Assembly: GCA_030704615.1 (NCBI GenBank)
Contig: CM060734.1
Coordinates: 16,182,001 to 16,246,000, forward strand
DNA from: Takakia lepidozioides
Lineage: Eukaryota > Plantae > Bryophyta
DNA length: 64,000 nt
Direction of reading: 5' to 3'
Shown here: positions 51,580 through 63,500 of the stretch, in pieces
Layout of the letters: every line of letters starts with the position of its first letter
Position numbering within the stretch: the first letter of the stretch is position 1
Translations under genes and position numbers: made by a program
The notes under the pieces: generated by a model
What the model was told of the DNA's origin: nothing
Database searches by the model: none
What the model saw: only the letters and a program-made list of their open reading frames with translations

Positions 51580-54500
51580 ATGACGAGGCGTCGTTTGTTG
51601 GAGAACACAGGGCCAAGGCAGCAGGTGAACGCGGAGACTGATTCACAAGAGCAGACGGAGACTGAGGCAGCGGCTGCGACACAGTCGGCGATAAGAGTGC
51701 GCCAGCCTGTGGAGGCAGAGATGAATCGCAGGGACACTGAAGAAGGTGGAAGCACGCGGAACGCCGAACCTGAAGAAGGTCAAGAAACCCTTGCGCAGAC
51801 AGAAACTCCAGCAGATGTGAGAGGGAAGAGGAAAGCTGCAGAAGGGGATCAAATTTCAAAACCTAAGAAGGTGCCAGTAAGTTTTATCATATAGTCTGTG
51901 TGATTGCCTTTCAAGGAGTCCTTCCTCTTCCATTCTTTAGCAGGAACTACTGAATCGCGAGCGTCGTTAACGCCATTCGATTCTGCTCATGAGATTTATG
52001 TACCTATGTGTTTGAAGAGAGAGTCTGCACTTACTATTCTCCCTAAACTACACTGAATGTCGTTGCCGCCAATCAGTTGCACATATATGTCATTACACAA
52101 CACCGATCCGGCAGGTTGTTATCTTTTGTGATTGTCGTTAACGCCGTTCGCTATCGCTCTCACTTTTGTTTTGAATACGGCAGTCTCGGCTTTGCATGTG
52201 TAGATTGTGCTGAATTCTTTCACACCATTCATGGTGAGTTTCCTTGATACAGAGTGATTGTCGTTACCGCCATTCACTATTTGCAAATCACTTAGTCAGA
52301 ACTGAATGGCATCGTGCAGAAAACTGTGAGGTCGAAGCCTACAGGATCAGAGGGGAAAGGATCTGGAGATGGGGACGAGTCCGCAAAAAGCTCAGAGAAT
52401 ACAGATGAAGCAGATGAATCCGAAGTGCACTACCTTGACAAGGTGAAAGAACTCATGTCATTCCAGAAGGTAAACTCTCAGGAGGTTATAAGGGACATGC
52501 TCGTATCTGGAGGGCGTCTGGACATACCTCTGTGCCGGATGATATCAATGCCTGTTGTGCGTCCACCTCTTTCCCATGACATAACAAAATTGGAGAGTGA
52601 TTTTGTGCATGGATATAGACTTGGTGCACAAGTTTTTTATGTGTCACTGACGGATATAAATGGGAAAAGCACATTAGTTTCTCCAGAGATCAGTGATAAC
52701 TGGGATGAGTGCTGGAAAGATGCCAATGAGGAGTTCGAGCTGGGCCTCATGATGGGAAAGAACACCCAGCAATTTTGCAACCACATGTTCTACGTCTGGG
52801 ACGGCAACCACCGATTGCTGGCATGGATGGGATACATTCAGAAACACCATTCGAAAGACAAAGACAAGCATGTTGCTGTGGAGGCAATGGTTTTGGATCC
52901 AGGAAACGACATCGCTAGGCTTCTTACAGCTATGCACGACGTGAACAAGTAAGTCATCCAGGAGATTTCATTCCCTCTGTAGTGTCTTGTTGATCCTCAA
53001 AAAACAGTGTTAAGGAATGCAATGTTTTCAATGTTTTTGCAGATCGACAGAGAAATCGCATGTGACAACAAGCTTGGTTCACACACTATTCCGAATTCAG
53101 AGGATTGGTCTGATGAAGCTGGATGATTTTCGGACAGTACTACCACCCAATATCATCAAGAAGTGCGAAACAGGAAGAGCTGCAGGCACTTGGTATTCTT
53201 TGACACGAGAGGCGTTTCTGGAGTACATGTATGCGGTAAGCCCGAGTCTGTAATCTGTTTACTTTTCGAATACATGTTTAGAGTCCCTTCGGAGCTAATC
53301 ACTACTTGAATGAATGCAGCAAGAACTGGCAGAGGCAGCTGAGAAGGGAAAATCCGAATATTACCGCACTACACCAGAGGAACTAAGGACATCAAAGGGT
53401 GTGGAAGCTGCAATAAAGAAGGAGTTTGAGATGCGAAGAACCAAATTGATGTCAGCCTTCGGAAAGCAGCTTAGAATAGTAGATCCTGGACTTGGTCCTG
53501 AGTTCCTTCAGCAGATCAAAACACACTATGACAAGCATGTGCATCCGGAGATGCAGCAGGAGAAATTGCACCGGCTGGCCATATCGATGGTCGACCCACA
53601 AACAAAAATAAGGTGGCTGGAGATATGGAACTCAGATCAAACAGTAAAGGACTTGAATCAGTTCCCAAAGAGCACCATACAGCCTGGCACAAAGGTGGAA
53701 GGAATCAGTGATTTGGTGTTTGATAACTGGCTCCACAAGGCTACATTTTGGAGTCAGGTGTGTATTCGAACATGCTGTTTCTTCTCTTCAAGTATGTGAT
53801 GTGTATCTTTTTTGCAATTCTGACAAATATACTATTTGCAGCTCGAAAAGCGCGCCGTCATTGTGCTGGATCAGACTTTGAAGGACCTGAACATTGCGAT
53901 TGTTTCCCCTCCCCAAATGTCATTGGAGGCATACATAAGGAAGTGGAGAGGTCTCACCTGGAGATACTGTTTTTTCCGGGAGTTCTCCAAAGATGGTAAC
54001 ATTTTACGGTCCAACGACTTTGACAGTCAGGTTGGAGGAGAGTGGGCCATGATGCGAGTTGTGTACAGGTGCAATGTCATACTTGAAACTCTACTGTTTT
54101 TTTGGGAAAAATGTGGCTTCATATGGATTGCAATCTTAGATCCAGATTGAATGTCGTTGACGACATTCACTTCTTTGTCTGAGTCATTCTTAAGCGAGTA
54201 TATGAATTCACCTGGTTAGGATCTAAGGGTGCAATTATATTGTCCCTGATTAGAATTGATAATGTCCTTGAATGGCGTTGACGACATTCACATACGGAGT
54301 TGTTGAGAGGTCCTCAAGGTTATTTAAATTTTTGTAATGTCCATAGAGGTTACAATGAGGGTTCCTCACTTCATTTTGCTGAATGTCAATGCAGACATTC
54401 AGTTGTTCTGCATTGTTTTTTCCTCTTGCGATGAATATGGAGGCTTCATAAGCTCTGTTTTAAGAAATCCAAAGTGAATGTCGTTGACGACATTCACAGC

Positions 54501-56887
54501 TGTGTCTGTATTATTCAAAAGCGACAAATTCAATTTTCATGGATTGGGGAGCTAAGTAATTGGTTTCTTTTTTGTATTTTTGTGAATGGCGTTGACGCCA
54601 TTCACATACAGTGATGTTGTGAGGTCCTCAGTGATAGGTTCGTTATGAATGTGCATTGAGTTTTCCTGGATGGTTCCTTACTCAATTTTTTTATTTCCAT
54701 CCTGTGATTTTGCTTCATTTCAGTAATAATTTGGCTTCATTCTTGAATGTCGTTGACGACATTCACTTCTATGTCTGTGTCATTTCTAATCGATTATTTG
54801 CATTCACCTGGATTAGGATGTATTTACAGTGTCATGGAATGGAATGTTCTGAATGGCGTTGACGACATTCATATCTGGAGCAGTAGTGTGGTCCTGAAAG
54901 GTCCTTGGAGCAGTTGTCAGAGCCATTTCAATCCATGTTTTATTCTTTCTGTTCTACTTGCATCTTACTCACTGAGCGCTTTTGTGGGTTGGGATTCATC
55001 TCCTTTTTTCAGGTACACGAAATATGTGCTTATGGAAGGAAATCACCTGAGCGGAATTCCCGACTATCTTGACATGTGGTCGGACCCTGCAAACGATCCA
55101 ACCATGTATACTGCAGGGATATTGAAGGACTGGAGTCCTTCTCACTTCAGAGACTGTGGGTGGTACCTTGACTGCCCACCTGAGCACACGACCTTTCAAG
55201 AACAGCATATGAAATACTTGAACAATAACGCTGAGATGCTGGCGCCTTTGACTGACGAAGAGTATCAACGAAACATAGCAACCTTGGCTGCCAAGGAGCC
55301 TGATGCTCAGGGAACGCCGCAGAAGGGAAAGAAGGCGGGCCGCAAACCAAAAGACAAGGCTGTTGATGTCATAGCCATCTCACCAGCAAAGCCAAAGGAC
55401 AAAGACAAGTCCAAAGAGAAGGAAAAGGACAAGGGGAAGGAGAATGAAAAGGAGATGGAGAGTGGGCAGGACTTTAGTGCTGGAAGATATACCCGCACTC
55501 TTCAGTGCGTGTTCGATGCCAAGCCACACCCTTCCCGTTCTGATTCAGCAGGAGAGATGAAAATTGTTAATGAGGGTTGGCTTTCGATGATGCAGAGTCG
55601 AAAGAGAGGATACACTGGGGTGCCATCCCCTACCTGGGACAATATAATCTCATTCCTCAATCTGGTGAGAATTCCAGTTTCTTTCCTTTTTCTCTGAATG
55701 TTTCGTTGGCAGTATTTCAGTCTCGTTCTTTGAAAACATTCTTGCCATCGTTCTTATAAAAAACATGTCTGTTGCAGGTGAGCACAGGTCCCACCTTCGT
55801 GTGCGGTGTGCAGAAAACTTATGCGGCCGACATTGTCATTCTCGACATCCCGGATGGCCAGGCTGTGCCAGAAGTTCTTCCAAAGGGCAAGACGCCAGGC
55901 TGGAACAAATTCGAGGACAACTACTGGAGTTGGGTATTCGGGTTCTGTAACAATTTCCTCTCTGATGCAGGGACACTTCTGCTTTTTCAGTCATGTGACA
56001 ATGATAGTCGTCGGGCATTGGCATCATACCTCAAGTCTTCAGGGTTTGAAGTTTTGCGCACATGGAATTGTGTGAACAGCCTCTACCTTGTGAAAGGGGG
56101 TTTCCCTGGTCAGCTGGTATGCCGTCTGCCTTCTGCTTGTGCTTTGATCATGAGTTTCAATTTTCTCTGCAGCTCCACTCTAGTAGAATGTTTTATGATC
56201 GACACCGATCATCAACGATTCATGGTTTTTTTTGTGTCAGAGTTCTGAATAGCCGATGTACACACTTCCACTTTAGATTGTGTTTACCACACTAACCTGC
56301 TATCTTTGGCAGACGAGGATGTTCGAGGCGATCTGCCTGCGGAGGATTCGCACATCAAAGACACCATCCTCCATCCGCAGCTTTGAGATTTCTGACCAGG
56401 GTTGTTTCGTCAACCCCCCCTATGAGCCCCATGTCGATGACATTTTGTACAACTTCATGCAGTCCAGTCAGACTCTGAAGAGACCAGATGGCACTCCCTG
56501 GAGAGGTGCAAAGGAAAAGTCACCAGCATTCATGCAAATACTGCTGGAGTCATGCAGCCACCGCTCTGCACGGGTGGTCGATCTTTCTGTGTCCACAGGT
56601 TCGTTTTCTCCCTTCCGAATTGGTTTCCTTTCAACAGTTTCATCTGCTTAAATCCCCTCCTCCAAACTGTTTATGTTCTCCTGTCTGGTGCAGGAGCAAC
56701 TTACCACGCATGCAAGGCAGGCGGAAGAAGCCTTTTTGGCATGGAGGGTGATTCTGACCTCTACAACACCGTGCTCCTCCCCCTTTTGTCTGGCTCCACT
56801 TCAGGCACACAGACTGATCGGATTCAAATTCGAAATGATGACGATCCCGAAGATAAGCAGGTCGACAACGACTTTTCATGTGAGTAA
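51580..56887 (+). CDS. Transposon cargo protein (~1080 aa): acidic/basic N-terminus, ParB/Srx-like domain, central unknown domain, C-terminal beta-class N4C/N6A DNA methyltransferase-like domain. Exons 51580-51876, 52320-52948, 53043-53235, 53320-53757, 53842-54068, 55013-55664, 55778-56116, 56313-56598, 56694-56887
   Basis: All introns are GT-AG and the phases join into one open frame. FYVWDGNHRLLAW is ParB-like. ADIVILDIPDG...FLSDAGTLLLF, then KEKSPAFMQILLESCSHRSARVVDLSVSTGATYHACKAGGRSLFGMEGD, follows N6_N4_Mtase motif order IV before I. Confidence 0.8.
54148..54871. repeat. Array of seven 22 bp palindromes TGAATG(T/G)C-GTTGAC-G(A/C)CATTCA in intron 5 of the cargo gene
   Basis: Copies start at 54148, 54269, 54380 (degenerate), 54475, 54583, 54744 and 54850. 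Degenerate copies also occur in intron 1 at ~51960-52276. Confidence 0.92.
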
Positions 56888-57379
56888 GTGCTAAACCCTC
56901 TTTGGGAGTCATACTCAATTTCTCGATAACATCAAAGTTACAGTAATAACTTTTTCAGGCTGTCTTTCAGGAAAGCCAGCGGTGGATCTTCAGGAGATAC
57001 AGTCATTTCTGGCGAGTCTGTTTTCGACAGCCCCCTTTCCAATTTTCTGCTCCCTGTTTATGCCGAAGCAATGGCACTTCACGCGTCCGAGTCCCTATCC
57101 CCTGACTTTTTAGTGGCCAGCCGTAGGTGTATCCAGCGTGGATCCGGTGTTCTAAAATACTTAGACTTAGATGCAGAGGAAGAGGGGATACATTGTACTG
57201 ACTCTGAGTCAGACTGAACTGTATTCTTTTAATATTCATTTTCATATTATCTGGAAAACGTTGAATCCCCTTACTCTACCGTAGTTGTTCCTTTAGAACA
57301 AATAATAATCACAGAATCAACTTTCGTTTAAATTGCTATATGTATGAATCCATCTCACAAACCTTCCTGACTCTTCTCA

Positions 57380-57700
57380 TATCCATTGTGCATTCATCTA
57401 CACTGTATTCATGCGTGCTCCATTCATGAAAGCTTCCTTTGTACAACATCCATTGTACATTCATCCTCTGTACTCTTTAATCCACCCCACAAACCTTCCA
57501 CACTCATTTCATATACTTTGTGCATTCGTCAAAAGATTTGGTCATGCATCTTCCTGTCATGAATTTTTGTCATTGCTCAACATCCATTATACATTCATCC
57601 ATTTTACTCTTATCCATCCGTCATTCATCCATCTACATAGATTTTTCAAACTCATCCATCTGTTTATCATCCAACTGTACATTCATCCATCATTTATTCA
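57380..57700 (+). repeat. CATTCATCC-type short repeats near the right end of the MULE (also at 14040-14160)
   Basis: Multiple cattcatcc / catccat units. Confidence 0.65.
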
Positions 57701-57910
57701 ATGCCTTTTATTATGTCGTCCAGCTTGTTTCCGCGGTAAAGGGTGCCAATCCGCGGGAATACACTCCACTTCTTTCTGGGTGCGTGGTGACTCGGCCTCC
57801 ACGTGTGATGACGTGGACTGAGCCCCGTGACGTGGCATTTGCGCAAGGTGACGTGGCGTGAGCGCAGTCGCGCTCACGCGCTCACGTGACCAGGCTCACG
57901 CCGAGGCATC

Positions 57911-59830
57911 CCTGCCTTGATGCTAGCAGCTGACAATAACACCCTAGAATTGCTCCAGCAAACACCCCAACCCTACTTATCACACTAGTTCCTATGCTGA
58001 CTTACGTTTGCTTCCAACAGGCATTCACCTTTTTGCCTGGATTGTTCCACCATTGACTGGGGTCGGAACCGTATTCATTCCAGAGCTTCTCCACATTTCT
58101 ATTATCTGTTCAATACTTTCATGTCGACCACATTGGCAGTAACATGTCAAAATCACTCCAACACCACCATAGATCCACCAACGAGCTAACTTGTAGAATT
58201 CAACATGAAAATTTAGGGACGACTCTGACAGCAGGGGAAAACAGGGTGAAATATGTTGAAGAAGGTACCTTCATTAGCAGTGGGCCTTGTTCTATCAATT
58301 GTGCTGCTGCCATTGCTGTTTCCAGTTGACCATCTACCCACTTGTAGCCGTTGTGCTATTGAAGAAGTTGCCCCCCCTTCCCCCATCATTTGATCATAGG
58401 TCTCCAAAGCCTCCATACCATGTCCCTGCAAGCATCACGTTCCATGACACCACATTTTGTTCAGCCATAGTGTTGAAAACTCCCTTCGCATCCTTAATGC
58501 ACCCACATTTGGCATAGACGTCCACCAGGGGAGTGTTCAGGATGACATCTGGTACAATTCCAGCTTTGACGATATCACCATGGACCTCTTTCCCCTTTTC
58601 CAGAGGTCCCAGGCTTGCACACGCATTGCAAACATGCGCAAGCGTGATGTGGTTGGGCTTCACCCCTTTGCGCAGCATTTGCTCATAGGTCGCCAAAGCA
58701 TTCCTACCACACCCGTGCTTGGTAAATCCTGCCAACATTATATTCCACATGATCAAAGATCGCTGAGGGATTCTGTAGAAATCTTGGCGAGCATCCATGA
58801 TGCTCCCACACTTAACATACATGTTGACAAGGGTGTTGAGTAGAAAAAACATTTGGCATGAATCCACTTTGGATAATGTGAGTGTCCACCTGATTCCAGC
58901 TTCCAGACCTAGAGCCTTTGTCAGTCTACCTGCCTCACAAAGCATCTTCACATGCCCTGCAGAAAAGGCATTGTGGACTCCCTCTCTTGATCCTCTTTCA
59001 GAAGCTGCGGGCATGGTTGAGGACGTGCCTGATTTTATCAACTGTGTCGTTGCAGCTGTTGCCTTTAGTTGACCATCTACCCATTTAGGTTTCTTGTAGC
59101 TATTGATCCACATGGAATCACAGGTAATCTGGAGCTTGAAGTCCGGCCCTCTTGGATGAATCTGGACCCACACTCTATCCCTTCTCCTTCAGCTATCCAT
59201 GCCTCTGCACAAATCATGCATTCATCTTTGCCCTTGCTGCTAGCAGTTGACAACCTAGGAAACACCCAATCACACTAGTTCCTATGCTAAATTGCGTCTG
59301 CTACTCTCTGTCATCTAATAGGCATTCAATTTTTTGCCTCGGTTGTTCCACCATTCAGGTCAACAAAGTATTCATTCCACACCTTCTCCTCATCTCTGTT
59401 ATCTGTTTTGGATACTTTCCTGCTGCCACATCGGCAGTTACTTGTCATAGTCATTCCAAACCACCACAGATCCACCCAACGAGCTAACTTACATAATTCA
59501 ATATGTATCTCAAGGTCGAGTCTGATGAGAGGGCAAAACAGGCTGAAATAGGTCGAAGAAGAAGGTGCCCTCACCACATTGTCCTTGACAATTCAATATG
59601 TAAATTCAGGGCCGAGTCTGATGAGAGGGAAAAACAGGCTGAAATAGGTCGAAGAAGAAAGGTGCCCTCACCACATTCTCCAAGGCCTCCATACCACGCC
59701 CCTGTTGTGCACACCCTGCAAGCATCGTGTTCGCATTATGTTGAACACTTGGTGAGCATCCATGATGCCCCACACATAACATACATGTTGACAAGGGTGT
59801 TGAGTAGAAAAATATTTGGCGTGACCTTCG
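57911..59830 (-). pseudogene. Degenerate PDF-motif plus PLS-class PPR gene copies
   Basis: ORF 58394..59173 has IHPRGPDFKLQITCDSMWINSYKKPKWVDGQL in frame with NTLVNMYVKCGSIMDAR...WNIMLAGFTKHG...VKPNHIT...LVDVYAKCGCIKDAKGVF...VVSWNVM. Confidence 0.8.
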
Positions 59831-60009
59831 ATGGACGAAGGTTCGGGGTGAAGTGGGAAAAAATGATAATTTTTGGAAGCACCATGGCTGCGTGAATGTT
59901 GTCACCTTCGTTAGTCGAAGATGCAGTTTTTGGGCAGGTTCGTTGGACAAGGGCAAATGTTCTTGCTGACCTTCGTTGACCTTCGTCACTGATGGAATTG
60001 AGCTGTTTA

Positions 60010-60538
60010 CTGACAGAATTAGAGCTCTCCTTGAGGACCTGTTGTTGTAGTGGTGGATCTTCCACCAGGTGCTGGCCCCTGAGCACTCCCTGCTACTGGC
60101 CCTTCTATATTCACAGTATTCCCAGCTCCAGTTGCACTACTTCCCACACTCCCTGTCCCCCCAGAGCCAGATCCAAGCTTCTCGCCTGATCCCCCTGAGC
60201 CGACACCTTCGTTGGCCTGTGATTCAAGTGCTTCACTTGATCCAGGTCCAACAGGTTGGGATGTCCTGGTTGTAGTCTCAACCTCAATTGTTGGGTCTAC
60301 TTTTTCATACCCCTCATCTTCCAAATTCTTCTCTCTGTTTTCATCTTCCAAGTTCTTCTCTTGGATTTCTTCTTCTTCACTCATGTAACTCAATTGCAAT
60401 GGTGTTGGAGAGTTTGAACTCTCCGTTGGCTCTGCCACATCTTCCTCTCCCTCTTTATCTTGTAATTCAGAAACTGGAGTTCCTGCCTTTGGTGTCTCAT
60501 GCCAACTCTTATCAAAGATTTATGTCAAATCTTTTATC
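60010..60538 (-). mobile_element. Gypsy gag N-terminal fragment related to the element at 321-2741
   Basis: GPVAGSAQGPAPGGRSTTTTTGPQG is nearly identical to the segment at ~2483-2555. Confidence 0.75.
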
Positions 60539-63500
60539 CAGGGATGTACCTCAGATCCCGGTTATCAGCGTCACGTCCATCCGTCAGCGTCAGGTCACGT
60601 CAGACCTGACGCTGACGGGACCTCCGTCACGTCAGGTTCGGGGAATATTCTGGTAAAAATAGTACCAAGTAAAATACTGCCACTTAAGCAGTCACGTCGC
60701 CGACACGGTGGCGGTGGCAAATACATTTTGAAAATTAACAAAATGAACACGACCGCCAATTCGCTTTGTTTTTCGAAATTAAAAAAGAAATAGCGACCGC
60801 CGTATTGGCGGTCGCTTCAATTTTTATTTTTTTTAAAGCAAAATTGGCGGTGGCACTGGCGGTCGCTTCAAATGTTTTTTTTTTTTAAGCAAGATTGGTG
60901 GTCGCACTGGCGGTCGCCTTATTTCTCGAATTAAAAAAATAAATAGCGACCGCTATGTTGGCGGTCGCTTCAATTTATTTAAAAAAAAAAACAAGATTAG
61001 CGGGCGTATTGGCGGTCGCCTAATTGAAAAAAGAAAACAAGCGACTACCGTACTTAATTTCAAAATTACAACAAATATGGTTGTACAGCCTTTTTCAGGT
61101 TGGCGCTATTGGTTCGTCATTTATTCATTTCACTTTCATTTCACTTTTATCCCTCTTGGATCATATATAAGGGAGGAGGGTCACCAAGCTCCTCACTTCT
61201 TTTGGCGCAAACACTTGAGGTTGCTTTGGATGTTCTCTTCCATTGAACGAGAGTGTAGCCCAAGAGGAGGGTGCGCACCTTTTGCCGTTGTGGCTTCCAC
61301 CAAAGCCATTTCAGCAGATTGTGTATAAGCTCAACACTACAACCTACATCGACCCACTTGGGTTGCTGACAGATGTAGAAGTGTTGGGCTATCACATTGC
61401 ACTCTACATTCACAACACGTTCATTTATAGGTGACTGTTTTTGGTTGCTTGCATCGCTAAGTCCCAGGGGAGTCGATATTGGGTGAAGATGAGGGAGGAA
61501 TGGAGCCCTTGGTATACGGCAATCCCGAACACTGTCAGTGCCACTGGTAGTGTTGAGTGCAACCTATGTGGATTAAAGCTTTCTTATCGTAAGGATCGGT
61601 TGCTCGCTCACCTCGGCTATAAAGGTGTGAAGAGCGCTGGGGTGGATTTATGCCCCAAAGCATCTATGCGGGTAAAAAGCCACTTTACCCAGTGTGGAGG
61701 CAATATTCCAATGTCTTTGGATCTGGACATGACCTCTGAGCAGAATACTTCATCTTCCCGTCAGGATGCCCCGATTAGTACCCAGGGCGACTCTTGTGAG
61801 GCTTCGGGTGTCCTTGGACAAGTGGGTTGTGCCGAAGCAACACCTGCTTCAACACCTCTTTGTACCCCTACACTTCAACGGAATAGAGGATTACGGCAGC
61901 AATCCATGCAAGAAGGTCTTAACTTGTCTACGAAAGACAGTTGGATAAAAAATGGGCGCAATTTTTCTTCGAGGCCAACATATCATTTAATGTGGCAAGG
62001 CTTCCGGCATTTGTTTCTGCCGTTAGAGCAACCTCAGAGTCCAGATCCACGTACGTGCCTCCGACTTATCACAATCTCCGCACAGGATTGCTAGAAGACG
62101 CCATGACCGAGCTTACCCAAAAGGTCAACGATAGGACGGGCGAGTGCATCAGAAAATATGGAAGCACTATATGTGCCGATGGTTGGAGTTTTGTTACAAA
62201 CAGACCGTTGTTCAATGTCATGCTCGTATGTCCAGCTGGGGAACAATTCTTGGGATCGGTCGCCACTAGCGGTGAGAATAAAGATGGAAGTTATCAATGC
62301 CAACTATTGACGGAGTTCATCGAACAGGTCGGAAGTGATAGAATCGTGCAAATATGCACAGACAATGCCACTAGCATGAGAAACACTGCAGACATGTTGT
62401 TGGCACGTTATCCCCATATGTACTATCAAGGTTGTGCTGCTCATATCTTTGACCTCCTTTTGGAAGATTGGGGAAAAGAACAATGGGTGAAATAACTTGT
62501 CAAGCGAGCGAAGACTGTTGTGTCGTTCATCCGCACACACCACATCCCTTTGACAATATATAGGAGACACGAACCCAAATACAGCCTCCGCAATCCAGGC
62601 GAAACTCGTTTTGTCACTAACTTCTTGATGGTGGATTGGTTGGTGACGGTGAAGAGCAGTCTGGAGCACACCATCATCGATCCTCAATGAGATGCGTACA
62701 CACGGACATTGCGGGACTCCAGAAAAGCCAAGTCATCGGGCAAAAGTCGAAAAGTTCGAAATAACATTCATAGCGATGATTTCTGGAAGAAATGTGAAAA
62801 CTTTGTTTATATGGTTGAGCCGGTGTTAATCGTCTTGCGGGAGTTTGATGGAAAGCAACCAGTAATGGGCAAGGCATGGTTACTAATGCAAAATTTTGAG
62901 AAGCACGTCCAATCCTTGAGGCATCCTCCCTTCTCATTGGAATCTGAACTTGCGGATAGTGCTGAGGATGCATTTTACAACCGTCATTCAATGGTTTGAA
63001 CGGACTTGCATTCAATCCATTCTTGCTCGACAATACCATGCTCCGAGACGATGCTGATGCCAAGGCCGGCCTCGTGCGAGTGCTCATGCGACTGGCTCCG
63101 CCAAACCATGCAGAGAGAGCTATATCCGAGTACCAATGCTTCTCAGATCGCCGCGACCCTTTTGAGGACATGCCAGATCCAAAAGAGCTCAATATGCTGC
63201 CACATGAATGGTGGGATCTGATTGGAGCTGGAGTAAGAACATTGGCTCCCATTGCGAAGCGTATTCTTGCTCAAGTGTGCTCTGCCTCATCTTGCGAACG
63301 CAATTGGAGCAGTTACGCATTTGTTCACAACAAGATTCGCAACAAGTTGAATCCCCGCGAGGGTTGACAAATTGGTGTATGTGTATACCAATTGTCGACT
63401 GCTACGTGAGAGGGCAGCGGATGATGTTGCAGCATGGTATGAGAGGAATTTGCATTCCGAAGACTCTGCTTCTGAGGCTGATTCGATGAGTGACGATACT

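Larger units (their letters stand above)
46555..57910. mobile_element. Mutator-like (MULE) DNA transposon, ~11.4 kb, carrying a transposase and a divergent ParB-like/DNA-methyltransferase-like cargo gene
   Basis: Ends GATGCC...GGCATC. Flanking duplication cttgcctt / cctgcctt. Inverted subterminal gacgtggcgtgagc / gctcacg repeats at 46570-46760 and 57800-57905. The host repeat is continuous across the insertion. Confidence 0.88.

Noticed and set aside
54148-54871. CRISPR array
   Set aside because: Spacers are long (70-140 bp), uneven and partly homologous to each other. There are no cas genes, and the array lies in a spliceosomal intron.
51580-56887. Bacterial contamination or prophage as the source of the ParB/MTase gene
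   Set aside because: The gene has eight GT-AG introns, lies inside a plant transposon, and has diverged homologues elsewhere in the window with matching splice positions.
46543-57923. Tyrosine-recombinase (lox-like/Crypton) integration suggested by the CATC-N8-GATG junctions
   Set aside because: No R-H-R-Y recombinase ORF was seen; the element encodes a DDE MULE transposase.
59820-59991. gaccttcg repeat cluster ending in CACTG as a hAT MITE
   Set aside because: Only one possible end and no TSD were found.
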